This document shows, in pieces, positions 51,740 through 63,299 of a stretch of DNA of 64,000 bases; within the stretch, counting starts at the first letter, position 1, and the number at the start of each line of letters is the position of its first letter. Position numbers and translations under genes: made by a program. The notes beneath the pieces were generated by a model that saw nothing but the letters and a program-made list of their open reading frames with translations, was not told the origin of the DNA and did no database searches. Origin of the DNA: Lytechinus pictus (Eukaryota); assembly GCF_037042905.1 (NCBI RefSeq), contig NC_087257.1, positions 7,688,001-7,752,000 of the forward strand. Direction: 5' to 3'.

Positions 51740-52067
51740 AGGAAACCAAAACCCAAGAACAGAAGCAATGTTATTGGAATTATCTTTAAATCAAATTGCA
51801 CATTACCTCATTCTGAGCATAACATATGTCATGGGAAGAGATGATGTGAAATATGTAAATTAAAAGGGGAAATCTGGAAATTTGTGTACAAAACAAATCA
51901 GCCATTTTGAAGCATGTTTGCCAATCTGAGGATCCCCATAGAAAGTACAAGACTTTTTAAACGTCCATAACTTGCTTATTTTACAACCGATTTTGATGAA
52001 ACTTGTTTTAAATTGTTCCTATTAATTTACTCTTTCCAATAAAATTGCTTCTTTTATTTGGTTTCCT
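51740..52067. mobile_element. Kolobok-like MITE
   Basis: ttaa|aggaaaccaaa...tttggtttcct|ttaa. Confidence 0.8.
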
Positions 52068-53069
52068 TTAATAGTTTGCTGATGTATGCATGAGGGGGGG
52101 GGGTAATTAATCACTCTACTACCCAGTACATTCTTGAAACAAAGAATATTCCATGTGAGCGTTTCATCAACATTGATGTGTCCGACAAGTTGTCAGATCT
52201 GACATTTTTCCTAGATTTTGTAAAAATAGTAAACATGAATCCTAAGAATACGCACAAAATACTGTAACGTTTGCAAAAAACATAAATGGACACTACAATA
52301 TTATAACGTGATTGGTCAGTAGACATGGTGGAGATATGGCACTTGTTCTTCCCTTATCTCTCCTCGCCTATAGACGTCGACCGAACATGCCATCATTCAC
52401 TTTGTAAGCTGTGTTTAAATAAAACAGAGACGTATATTACGTCTTACCCAACATGCCAAAAACAGCACTGAACAGCCCACACATTCTAAAAATGAACATA
52501 TCAACGATTTTCCTATCGCGGTGCTAATAATGAATAAAGTAGCGCCGACAAAAAGAAATCCATATCAAATTATTTGCTGAGTCGCAGGATAGTCAAAGCA
52601 GGATAAAGCGATCAGAAAATATTCTTGAAAACAAAGTATCAAGTGCTTGCATTCTCAATTGGTCAAATTGTAATCCAAATAGCACATCGGATTATGCTTT
52701 GTAATCCTCACTATTTTAGTGTGGTTGAATGGTCATAGCGCTGTCTATCCATTTTACGCCAATGCATAAAAACTTTGGTTTCATTTTTATAGGTGTCTTT
52801 TATTGCAAAGGATTTTGATTTAAATGTCTCATGAAAATGCATAAGGCCTATACTTAATCAGAATTCATTGCAATAATCATAAATGACTAACAATAATAAT
52901 AATGATGATATTTGTAATAATAATTCTAATACTTATAATAATAATAGTAATAATGATAAAAAATTGTAGTAGTAATAATAGTAGTAGTAGTAGTAGCAAT
53001 AGTAGTAGTAGTAATAATAATAATAAGAAGCAGAAGAAGAACAAAATAATAATAATAAATCCTGTTTTA

Positions 53070-53395
53070 TAATGTAAAGCACTTAATACATCGAAACGAC
53101 ATCATTAAGCGCTTTACAGATATGTTATTACACTGGTCATCCGATCTTGGCTTGCCCGCACACAATGTATGCACTTTCTCCCCTCCCTGGGGAGCATTCA
53201 AACAAGAGTTCCAACACCCGAATGCTAGTCATACAACATACACTTTCGCATCCTACCGGGTAACAATTTAAACCTGAGTGGAGAGTGGCCCGGAGAGAGT
53301 GGCAAAGTGTGGTTTGACGCCATGCCAAATGACGCTAAACTGTGGTAAGATTGGAACGCATGAACGCATAAGTCGGAACCTCTACACCACAACGC
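53070..53395 (-). mobile_element. tRNA-derived SINE (family of 17979) followed by an (AAT/TAG)n tract at 52870-53060
   Basis: Reverse complement colinear with 17979-18250. Confidence 0.85.
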
Positions 53396-53699
53396 TTCTT
53401 GGATTATGCCAAAATATTACATCCTCGGTAGAGGAAAAAAAGAAGGTTGATAAAGTTTTCAGCTTAATCTTAACCCTATAACATGCCTAAACAGCACAAC
53501 ATGTTATACAAGCCCTTTAAATGTATGAATATTTCTTTATCTTCCAGCGTTTCAGATGCGACGGATGGCTGGTTAGACCTAAATGTTAAATGTAAGCCTA
53601 AATACCTTAAGCATTTCTAAATTTGTGTAATTCATAGAGTATATTACATGACATCAATAATCCTTTTTTTCATATATGAAGCCACTCTCTACAATCGGA

Positions 53700-53950
53700 T
53701 GAACAACAAACCCTTTCTCAATATAGACGTGAGTAAATACGAGCAATGGGGAATCGGGATACTTCATCTTTCTCAGAAAGTACTGAAGAAAAATCCACCA
53801 ACACATCAAACAATGTTCTCATTGCTTACCCTCCATGTCGTCTTTGCGGATTCTATCCCGCAAGCAAGGGGGAACTAATCAAGCAACGAAGCGGAGGAGG
53901 TAAATATCTATCCCACAGAATGTCAGAATACATCGCAAATACTCCTTATT
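53700..53950 (+). pseudogene. pogo-like transposase fossil
   Basis: NNVLIAYPPCRLCGFYPASKG (~NNIxLxCLPPHxxHxLQPLDKG). Confidence 0.45.
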
Positions 53951-54406
53951 AACTTCGGATAGAGGGACACTATGACGAAGGGTGAAACCAAAATCAACAA
54001 AATAAGCAAGAAATGCAACCCTGCTAGCCCAGATTCCCAATGCAATCCTACCCTCAATCAATGCTTTGAGAACCGGATCGGGTTTACCTGATGCAGCGGC
54101 ATCTGTATACCTCAAGATTGATGGTTTTAGTAGACGGGATATGATATTATTCTCAGATCAATACATGATAATTTATCCGGGTGTTATTGTTTTAATATCG
54201 CGAACCAGCGGGGCTGAACATAACCTAAGTCCCTTTTTAACGACATACCGCTGCTCGTCGGGGGAAATTTGAGAAGATAATACACGTGTTGAATATCAAA
54301 CAGTTTTAAAGTTGCTTAAACAATCAGGTTATTTATAATCACTGTTTGGCGATTTTTCAAACACACGCACCAAAATAGAAATAATATGTTAACAATTCGA
54401 ATACAG

Positions 54407-54649
54407 CACTGCCAAAACACTGGTGTTGAATTAACAACAGCCCGGTATCTGTATCGGTCCACACCAGAAAATCGTATAAACAACATCAGTTAAGAATCAA
54501 ACCGATATATTCGTTTAGCACTAATTAGTGTTGCTTAAATGCCAATTTGGTGTAAGCATAACGCCAAAATTGGTGTTGTTTCAACACCTCTCTGGTGTGG
54601 ATTGATATATAGAAGCTGGTGTTAGATTAATACCGGCGTTTTTGCATTG
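54407..54649. mobile_element. CACTG-type palindromic MITE
   Basis: cactgccaaaacactggtgtt / ataccggcgtttttgcattg; internal ccacaccaga / tctggtgtgg. Confidence 0.7.
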
Positions 54650-54659
54650 TTTAAATAAG

Positions 54660-54980
54660 CGATCAGGAAAGCTGCCACAACAGGGACGGATTTTGCTACA
54701 TAAATCTATTGTCAACATCCTTCATGATAAAGCAGCCTTTATCGAATAAAAACTGCAGTTTTACCCTTGACTATAGCTAGACAAACGACACGTTTGTAAG
54801 AATCGTCATTTCAGAATCTTACGACGATCAGCTGTCCCGGTTCACCAATTTGCTACAAAAGCCTCCCAAGCTGTCCATTGGGATTTTACGGACATCTTCA
54901 ATAGATTTATTTCGTTGTAGATTCCGTCCCCGTTCCAATTGCGAAAACTGGCTACTAATTATCTCATGAGACCACATCTA
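54660..54980 (-). pseudogene. pogo-like transposase fossil with hairpin copy D (one arm partly deleted)
   Basis: Reverse complement aligns to 26340-26600 and 60340-60600; NGQLGR / GFCSKLVNR. Confidence 0.6.
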
Positions 54981-55851
54981 TATTTTTAACGAACTGCGAG
55001 AATCCCATAAAATTCCAAACAAAGCCAGCTAAAGATGCAACCTAATCATTAGTTATCAATAATATCATGATAACCGATATACTATATTTCTAGAAAAAAA
55101 AGGTATTCGATAATGTAGACAATAGTGAGTGTCTGGGAGTGGTCCGGGCATTTGAAGATTAAATCTTCTCTCATAATTCTTAATATTTTTCTTTTTTAAT
55201 TTACATGAATCAATAATTTTCTGTGATACAATCATCAAGGAATGGTGAATAATTTGTTTTATACTAGGTTGTACTTCATTTCAATTTTTAAAATTAAAAT
55301 GGAAGTATGTATTATATATGTATATAAATGTACGAGAAAACAAAGTTCCTTGGATAAAAAAATACTAAATTAATCATATTATAAATATATATATATAATA
55401 TCGAAACAACATGTTTATGATTTAAAATTTAATCATGTTTTTTTTTAAAGAATTGTCAATGTCTTATTTACGATCATTGTAAAGTTCAAACTAAGTTCTG
55501 TAATTACGGTGTAATTATATTGAACACGTTTTGAATTCTTGATAAAGAATGTAATGGTTAACTATATTCTATTATTTTATGAAAGAAGAGAATAAAAATA
55601 AAAAATCATTTAAAGAAGATTAAAAAAATACTGTTAGAATAATTTGAATCCTGATATCAAGTTGCGTAATTTTGAAATACCACCTGGCATAATTAATCGA
55701 TAGCATTTTGTCTTAAATTATGTTATCGAAACATCAAACGATCACTATGACTGATTCATCTCAATCAATCACTCCTTATGAGTGAATGTATAAGTTGAAT
55801 GAATAAATAAAACAAAATTAAGTAAAGAGAACATAATATCATCTTCGTAAC

Positions 55852-57048
55852 CAGTGGCGTAACTACGGGGGGGGGGGGGGGCATGGGGGGCACGTGCCCC
55901 CCCCCCCCGATCGGCTGACCAAAAAACAAAAAAAAACGGGGAAAAGGAGAAAAAGAGGGAGAAAGGAAGAGGAACGTAGTGGCAAAGAAGAAATTATTAT
56001 TCATTATAATTGTATATTGTATTATAATCATGTTATGTTATATTATATAGGAAACATTTTTATCATAACTTTATGAAACATAATTTGCTCAGGGTCCATG
56101 TCTTCATTGTTCCTGGTGCTCGCATTGTCTGTTTAAAAAGATATAAACCTGTTGTTCGAAAACCTCCCGTTCTGAAGTCAATTTATATACACTAAATATA
56201 TTATTGTTTTATGTAGTGACATATGCTTCTTTTTCATGACTACTTAAAGTGATTGCCCCATGTTAAGGTCTTAATATAAAACATTTCCTGTCCGTGATTA
56301 CGATCGCTTCAGTGGATTGGTGAGATATGTCTGCTCTCCATGAATTCCTAAAATCAGTCCTTGAAATGTCCCCTTTTCTGATCTGAATATCTTCAATATT
56401 TTCAGCTCGCGCTTCGCGCTCGCATCATTTGGTTAGTGAAATACGTATGGTCTTAGTGAATTCCTACAAACAAGCCTTAGACTGCCCCGCTTAAGGTCTG
56501 AATTATCTAAATTTTCAGCTTGCGCTTCGCGCTCGCAATATTTGATTAGTGAGATGCGTATGATAATCATGATAACATTGACTACAAAAAGTGCTTCATG
56601 TGTTCAGATGTAATTCTAACAAAATCAGTAAGCGCTTGGCACTCGCATTACATGACTATGGTGAGATATGTATACTATTAAGAGATTCCTAAAATATAGT
56701 CCTTAAGATCTCCCTGTTTGGGATCAATATATACAAAAATTTCGGCTCGCGCTTCGCGCTCGCATTGTTTAGCAAGACAGGTACGTATCATGATTACAAA
56801 AATTCGATTATAAAGTCCTTTTTTAGGTCTGAATATAAAACATTTTCAGCTCGCGCTTCGCGCTCGCATTATTTGATTGCTGAGATGCGTATGTTATTCA
56901 TGATTACAATGACTACAAGTGCTTCCTTAAAATGTCTCTATTAGGTCAGTATACCTGACAACTTAGCGCGCTTCGCGCGATCACTTTATAAGTGACTCAA
57001 AAATTTTGCTGGTGCCCCCCCAATGCCGTGACCCATGGTACGCCACTG
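55852..57048 (+). mobile_element. hAT-like non-autonomous element with internal ~115-bp tandem units
   Basis: Perfect 8-bp TSD ttcgtaac; TIR cagtggcgta / tacgccactg. Confidence 0.92.
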
Positions 57049-57079
57049 TTCGTAACATAAATACTGAAAAACAGCCATT

Positions 57080-57340
57080 AGTTTACCGTGCAAAAGTTTG
57101 TGATGGAAATGTGACATTCTCGAAGGCAGTTCCTCTGTTAAGGTTGTCAAGCATGCGTGCTTGATACCCTTCCCACTCTTTCTGAATGGCTTCGGGCAAT
57201 GAATTAGTACATTCGAAAACAATGAAGAAGTTTATAGAGCAATGAGCATGATGAGAGTAAAGGTCGACATGGGAGTTTGCGCGGAGGAAACCTTCGCCTT
57301 TTTGCGATACTTTTATGAATAATGCAAACCTTGATCCCGC
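57080..57340 (-). pseudogene. pogo-like transposase fossil
   Basis: FLRANSHVDL (~LDxHxSHVxL), then IVFEC..EAIQ. Confidence 0.4.
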
Positions 57341-57389
57341 CAAGATCTTAACTTAAGATATCGTTTCTCTAAATAATCTTCATCGTATT

Positions 57390-57680
57390 CCCATAATCCA
57401 AACCCATCTTAAGATGATCAAAAGAAATGCTGCAAGGCTGAAACCACGCTCTACAGCGATGCTATGCAGCTCAACGGATATCAATAAAAACTTTATAAAG
57501 AAAACAATAATACCAGAAAGACATGTAAGGTGACTCGACATCCAATACTCAATGACGTATCCGGTGAAGTCAACGATTTCATTTATTCTACTCCTATGCA
57601 TAATTTTCCTCCCGCCTGGAAGTCCTGTAAGTATCAATGTCGTTGTATCCATTACCGGTCCTTATCGGTGCTGTCTTGTC
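57390..57680 (+). pseudogene. pogo-like transposase fossil (second and third D)
   Basis: Single frame CSSTDINKNFIKKTIIP..*LD..MTYPVK..IIFLPPGSPVSINVVVSITGPYR (~WSNEETM..YIxKII.P, LD, FxPxG..LDVSINxPFK). Confidence 0.62.
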
Positions 57681-57697
57681 GGGTAAGGAGGGAGTAG

Positions 57698-57876
57698 CAG
57701 GGGCCGCGGAACGGTTTTCAAAGTGGGGGGGGGGGGGGCTGAGCCAAAAGTGGGGGGCTGACCATGCTAAAAATCACAATCATATGGTCATTTTTACATT
57801 TTTGTACACGGTTTTGGAAAAAAAAGTGGGGGGGGGGGGGCTGAAGCCCCCAGCCCTCCCGGTTCCGCGGCCCCTG
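57698..57876 (+). mobile_element. CAG-terminated G-tract MITE with 5-bp TSD
   Basis: TIR caggggccgcggaac / gttccgcggcccctg; TSD agtag. Confidence 0.88.
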
Positions 57877-57919
57877 AGTAGTAATGAGAGGGAGGGGGGG
57901 GGGGGGTAAGGGGAGGTCC

Positions 57920-58500
57920 TTTCCTATGTTCTAGTAATTTTTCGAACGCACAACCCCATCTTTTCACTTTTGTTGGTATGTTTGAAGACACCGTCCACAT
58001 TTCACTAATGGCGCCATCCGTCCAATCTGAAAAGTCCTGGGGCCGGTAACTCAAAGCTGAACAAATCATCTTAAAATGTGTTTTTACGATTGGTTGCAAT
58101 GATTATAATGTACGATTTATCTTGAAAATCAAGTGTACGGTTAATTGCTAACATTTGTGTTACAGGACCCTGGAATCGCCACGGGCCTCCATCACCAGTG
58201 CAATTACGAATGCAAAGAGACATTTCCCTCCAGTTTTCTTCTCGATATTTGCAATCATCTTAAGCACCAGAACGTTATCTAACCAAAAGAGGAATGGTGT
58301 TTGGTTCCCTGCTCTCCACATGAAAATAAATATAAAAAGAAATGTCGGCAATCGACTTGTAAATTGTTTGATCTTTGAATAAGCCATTACCATGAATTTC
58401 AAATGTTGAGGATCCAGTCATTTTAACATTTTGATTATCAAAGTCGGCTCTCATTAAAAGGGAATGCACTCCATCAATCCGCTTGGAATAATATGAAAAA
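57920..58500 (+). pseudogene. pogo-like transposase fossil (HTH to DDE)
   Basis: RPHFTNGAIRPI*, VNC*, SITSAITNAKRHFPPVFF in the expected order. Confidence 0.62.
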
Positions 58501-58879
58501 GGCACTGATAAGAAAGTTTAATCGTTCAATATTGTGTTTCCCAATTTTTTACACTCTATTTGACATGTTGGATAACCATTTTCTATGTATAATCACACTA
58601 TTTATGTATGTATGCCCCCACATCCAGTGTACATCTCATTAAAGTCATTACAAACAAACGTGACGAACGATAACTACCCCCTTTTGTAAACTTCCCAACA
58701 CACACATGAAATCGAAGGATTTCGATTGATGTGGTAATCAAAGAAACTGTACAAAAACACGTAACATAAGTTGTTGGGGATAAAGTAAAATAAATCAGTA
58801 AATATGTTCCAAACTATAAAAAGCGAAGGGAAAAGATGATTACCTCAGCATTTTTAATGTTTCTAATCACAGGAGAATC

Positions 58880-59070
58880 TCCATCAAAGTGCCTTCCAGA
58901 AAAAAAACTTCCAAAAGTCCAAAAGATATCGAACTGCAAATTCGCAGAAACGGTGTCCCTCAAATTTTCAGTTCTCACACCATCAACAGCCAACACAGAC
59001 AATAGACAAAAAAGCTATCTCCCAAATGCCAACGGATAGGGATCGTTCGTTTTCTAATGGGTGTGTTCTC
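58880..59070 (+). pseudogene. pogo-like fossil fragment
   Basis: KSPKDI...PNANG*..FVF. Confidence 0.35.
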
Positions 59071-60339
59071 ATGGTCGTGTGACCGGCCACCCTTAAGTGA
59101 CTGAAAGCATATCTTATGGATTATTCCTACTTATCACATGGTAAGACGATGTCACTTGAAAGTTTTCGTCAACGATACGTGAAACAATATTTAAGATCAG
59201 CAATGTAATCGGTGCTTATTCTATACTTTTAATTAAGTTCACGTTTTTATTTTTGTAAAGCACATCCTTGAGTAACCTTCACTTTTATCATATCAATAAT
59301 CCACGAAGTGGGTATTTAAATTTTCATATTCCATTTAACGTCAGACATTTTTTTCACAGTTGTTTTTACCTTAGCATGTGCTATTTGAACGCCCTGGAGC
59401 AGACTCAAAGATAACATGTTTTATCGAGTGTAAAATAACGCTCATGTCACTGGTGTACTATGCTAGCAAGTTTACATCACATAGATCATGAAGATCAAAC
59501 ACGATACAAGTGTCTCATCTAACATTGTTCGTCGATTAAATTATTTAATTTTCCGAGAAATACATAGGTCAATCGAATAATAGAGGTGTTTTTAGATCAA
59601 AATGCATGTTAGATTGTATAAAGACGTTGAACATAGCCTACGGCAAACGTGGCAAAGTTACAAACAATATCTTGGCGTTCTTGACTGAAGCAAAGTTATT
59701 GCACATACGGTTCCTCTTCATGTCGTATTTCCATCCCACAATGGTACCTCTCAGTGTGCCGTTGTAAAGAAAGAAGCCTGCGGCAAATATCCTCTCTTTA
59801 GCGAGAAAACATAATCATATTGGGATTTATCGAGCATAAAGTCAGTTCATTAATGGCCAGAGTTCTTTGCACTTTGTCGTTGCCAATGACTGTATTACAC
59901 TAAATCCTCACTATACCCAAGTGTCTGAACGATTTACACTTTTATCACATCTCGACCAACGAGACTTTACCGAAAGACAAGGATAAAAATAAAATCCTCA
60001 CAGGGGCGATGGGAGTTTTGCTCATTACGTACAGGCGCAAATTCAGGTGTACGGATGGGGAAGGGGGTGACAGGTACCCCTTCGATCCACACTGCACATA
60101 AACTTACCCTGTGCCCCCCCCTTAGGAGTGACTATGAAAATACTTTCCGATATTGGACTGATTAACGCTTGTCTGCTCTTTTCTTTAGATAGAAAAGAAA
60201 ACTTCATTGCCTTTGAGAAACAAAAATGCTTCTTTATAGTCTCCGAAAGTTTTACTTGTAGTGCTTTGAAATGAAGTTAATTGTTGAAGTGGTAGGCCTA
60301 CAAGCATGCCCCTGTGAACACGTTATTAGCCTATTTTCG

Positions 60340-60760
60340 CCACTACGCAGACGCTTTCTACAACGCACCAATTCCTTTGAAAATGCAAATCACAATGTAT
60401 AGACATGATAGATGAGAGGTTTTTGTCGAAAGTTGGTGAACAGGGACAGCAGACCGTCGGAAGATTCCGACGGGACGAACAATTGGAAATATGTAGTTTT
60501 TCAGAGTCCAGGACGACACTGCGGTTTTGATTGATCGATTTTCGACAAAGGATTTATTCGACAAAATATTGCCTGCATTATGGAAAGAGTCGGCGTGATG
60601 ATTGCGAAAATACGATTTCTTTTAATGGCTGCAAACCTGTGTTCACCGCCCGATCACCGGACTATTTAGTGTCGAGTGAGATGAGGACGGAACACCTTTT
60701 ACTATTCGCTGATGAACATTTCCCCACTTGTGGCAGTTACTGAACTGCATACTTTAAAGA
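60340..60760 (+). pseudogene. pogo-like transposase fossil with hairpin copy E
   Basis: Hairpin 60422-60549; RGFCRKLVNR, frameshifted W.KESGV, LLLFADEHFP. Confidence 0.62.
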
Positions 60761-61422
60761 TATTTAAGGTCACTGAGAAAAAGATTATCCCTCTAATAAT
60801 AGGAAGTTGGAATACCTAACAATGATTAACAAACTAGTGCAGGGAGTTCATATACTGAAGGGGAGAGAAGGGGTCTGGGTACCCTTGCTAGTACTTCCAC
60901 ATCGGTGTCTCAGTATAAACCACTTCCACGTGATTCATTGTAAATCAAGCAAGGCTATAAGATTGCCTCTGGAGTTAGGAAAATGAACTCGGGGGAAAAG
61001 AACTAAAGGATCCGATCTTATTTCGCTTATGCTTTACATGCCCCAGTAGCTCGCGTAGCCCTTAGACCGGGTACCCTAGAAATGCCATAATCGTGCATTT
61101 ACGAGATACCCCTTAATTATATGAGCTTTTTATCCCATATTTTTATGAAGCAATAAACACGAACCTTATTCGGTCCGCATCACTCATTGAAAGAGTAAAG
61201 GTAACAGCTTTTGGCGTTATTACGCCAATATTTTGAATCGCTGCATCTTTATGGGAGCGCAGTCACTCTAAATACAAGACCTACGGTAATTTAGCGAGCT
61301 ACATTTAAAGAAGTGCAATGTTGATCCACCCCCCCCCCCCATCCGAAGCGATAGACCAGAGCTCAATTGCGAATTAAAAACCTAATTGCCACCTTTCGCA
61401 ATCCTCACGGACGCTAATATTA

Positions 61423-61563
61423 GGGTCCCCTAACACAAAAGTTAACGCTTAATCATACATTTGATTTTTAAGATTGATTGTACATTATAGTCAATAGAAT
61501 CAAACGTAGAGAACTGCTCTACAATCAATGCTAAGCTTTGTGTTACAGGGGGGTTACAGGCCC
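61423..61563. mobile_element. Harbinger-like MITE
   Basis: ta|gggtcccctaacacaaaagtta / taagctttgtgttac..ggccc|ta. Confidence 0.7.
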
Positions 61564-61860
61564 TACAGATCTGCTTTTCGTGTGCAAAATTATTTCCCGC
61601 GACACCATGTACATTACGACTGATGGCTGGAGATATTCGAAAGGCAGGACCTAAAATAGATTATGACATGGATAAGAAAGTGGTTTTTCAAACAAATCGA
61701 GTACATATTGAGTGAGGAAAAAGTTACTGAATTAAGGCTTAGATATAGATCATTACAGTCCATCGAATCGATATTGCATTTAATGTGGATTATTGGTGGA
61801 TCTCTGGCAATTGATTCCATCGGTCAAATCACCTCTCCAGGCGAAACCATTTCGCATGCG
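61564..61860 (+). pseudogene. pogo-like fossil(s)
   Basis: WFFKQIEYIL, AFNVD (~FFxxLxxxL, IFNVDE); nucleotide match to 62382-62405. Confidence 0.45.
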
Positions 61861-61995
61861 TTGATTATGTACACAGCATGTATACGTGCGGGTTTTTTTC
61901 TTTTGTTTACTCCTACACAAACGATATGCATCTAGCACACAATGTAATGGGCATTATACTTTACTTTCCCCATAAATGGGGATTAGATTCGAATT

Positions 61996-62294
61996 CCCGG
62001 GGGACCACTTCCATTGATGAGTGGATACCAGGCACGACCATGCGGTTTCGAAAAGCACCCTAAACAAGGGAAGCAAGGCTTTTCCAGATTATGAACATGC
62101 ATCTCTTAACAAGTATTTAGCTTGTGAAACCCTACAAGTATTGAAAACATATCCTCCTTTTTAGTATTTTAAACATCGTTTTTTACACCCTTATAACGTT
62201 ACATAAGCCTTTACGTAACGTACTTGCCCACTCCTTCCCTTTTTACGCGTGGTCGCGCCTGGTATCCACTCTTCAAAGGAAGTGGACCCCCGGG
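61996..62294. mobile_element. CCCGGG-terminated MITE (EnSpm/CMC-like)
   Basis: ~45-bp TIR cccgggggaccacttccattgatgagtggataccaggcacgacca. Confidence 0.88.
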
Positions 62295-62304
62295 CGGCCT
62301 CTCG

Positions 62305-62600
62305 AGCTCTGGGATGAACCAAATGTGGCTTTGGAAAGTCGTCCTAAATCGGATTTATCGCTGTTACCATAGTAGCAACCAGAATTTTGCACACGAAACG
62401 CAGATTGAATGTTTCCTTTCCAGATGCGAAACGAAAAAAATTCTCATGTCACACAATTTGCATTGCAGGACAGAGTTTTACGACCATGACGACGGGCCCA
62501 AAAGTCTCTTCCATAATCGACTTCCGTCGCAAATAAGCGTTCGCGTTCTCCAACGAAAGGTCGGGAATGTAATCATATGCTCCACTGGTGAACTGTGAGC
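62305..62600 (-). pseudogene. pogo-like transposase fossil
   Basis: RLSKATFGS (~PLDKAVFGP). Confidence 0.45.
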
Positions 62601-63299
62601 AGTGAATCTATTGTTCCGGGGGGGGGGGGTGAGCTATTGCTTCATCCCCTCCCACTTGAATAGCATGACATCACGGATTTACGCCAATGATATGCTGATT
62701 ATAAGTAAATCATCCAATAGTTTTATTTGTAATTGTTATACACTATGTACATATTTTTTCTCAAAATCTAGTGATTTCACGTTGTAATGTCTGACTACTA
62801 TCGTTGAGACACCAGTCACATCTAGAAAACTTGAAAATGAATTATTAGGACAGTTTATTTATGACGTCTTGAGTAGTAATCCCAGCCCTCATCCGTTTTT
62901 AACATATGAAAGTTTTATTAATAAAATTAGAGGATGGGGGAAACCTGGATCAAAATCATCTTTCTCTTTTGTTTTGTAGTTCACAAATCCTTAAAATTGA
63001 ATTTATTCACTATCACTGACTCTTTATCTTTAAAGGTTCACAAGATCTGAATTATTAGTAGGCCCCCTACAAATCAATATGTTGCTCCACGTGTTACAAA
63101 ACAAATGAATGGTACAATTTTTTGAGGAAAATGTTTTTCATGGTTCTGCAAACCATTTCGCTTCTTGTGTGAAAAAGTAGAAATTTCGTAATTAATGATG
63201 ATTTATTGGAATGACGTTAAACATTCGTCTGAAAATATTGTAATCAATACTCCAGTCGCAACAACTAAACCGACTCCAAACTTAACGATGGCATGCCAT

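Noticed and set aside
57380-57652. Minus-strand ORF with W-x6-C and IAVER 25 residues later, resembling GPCR TM3
   Set aside because: No convincing TM4-7 follows, and the opposite strand gives a longer ordered pogo DDE match; treated as coincidence, although an HMM test would settle it.
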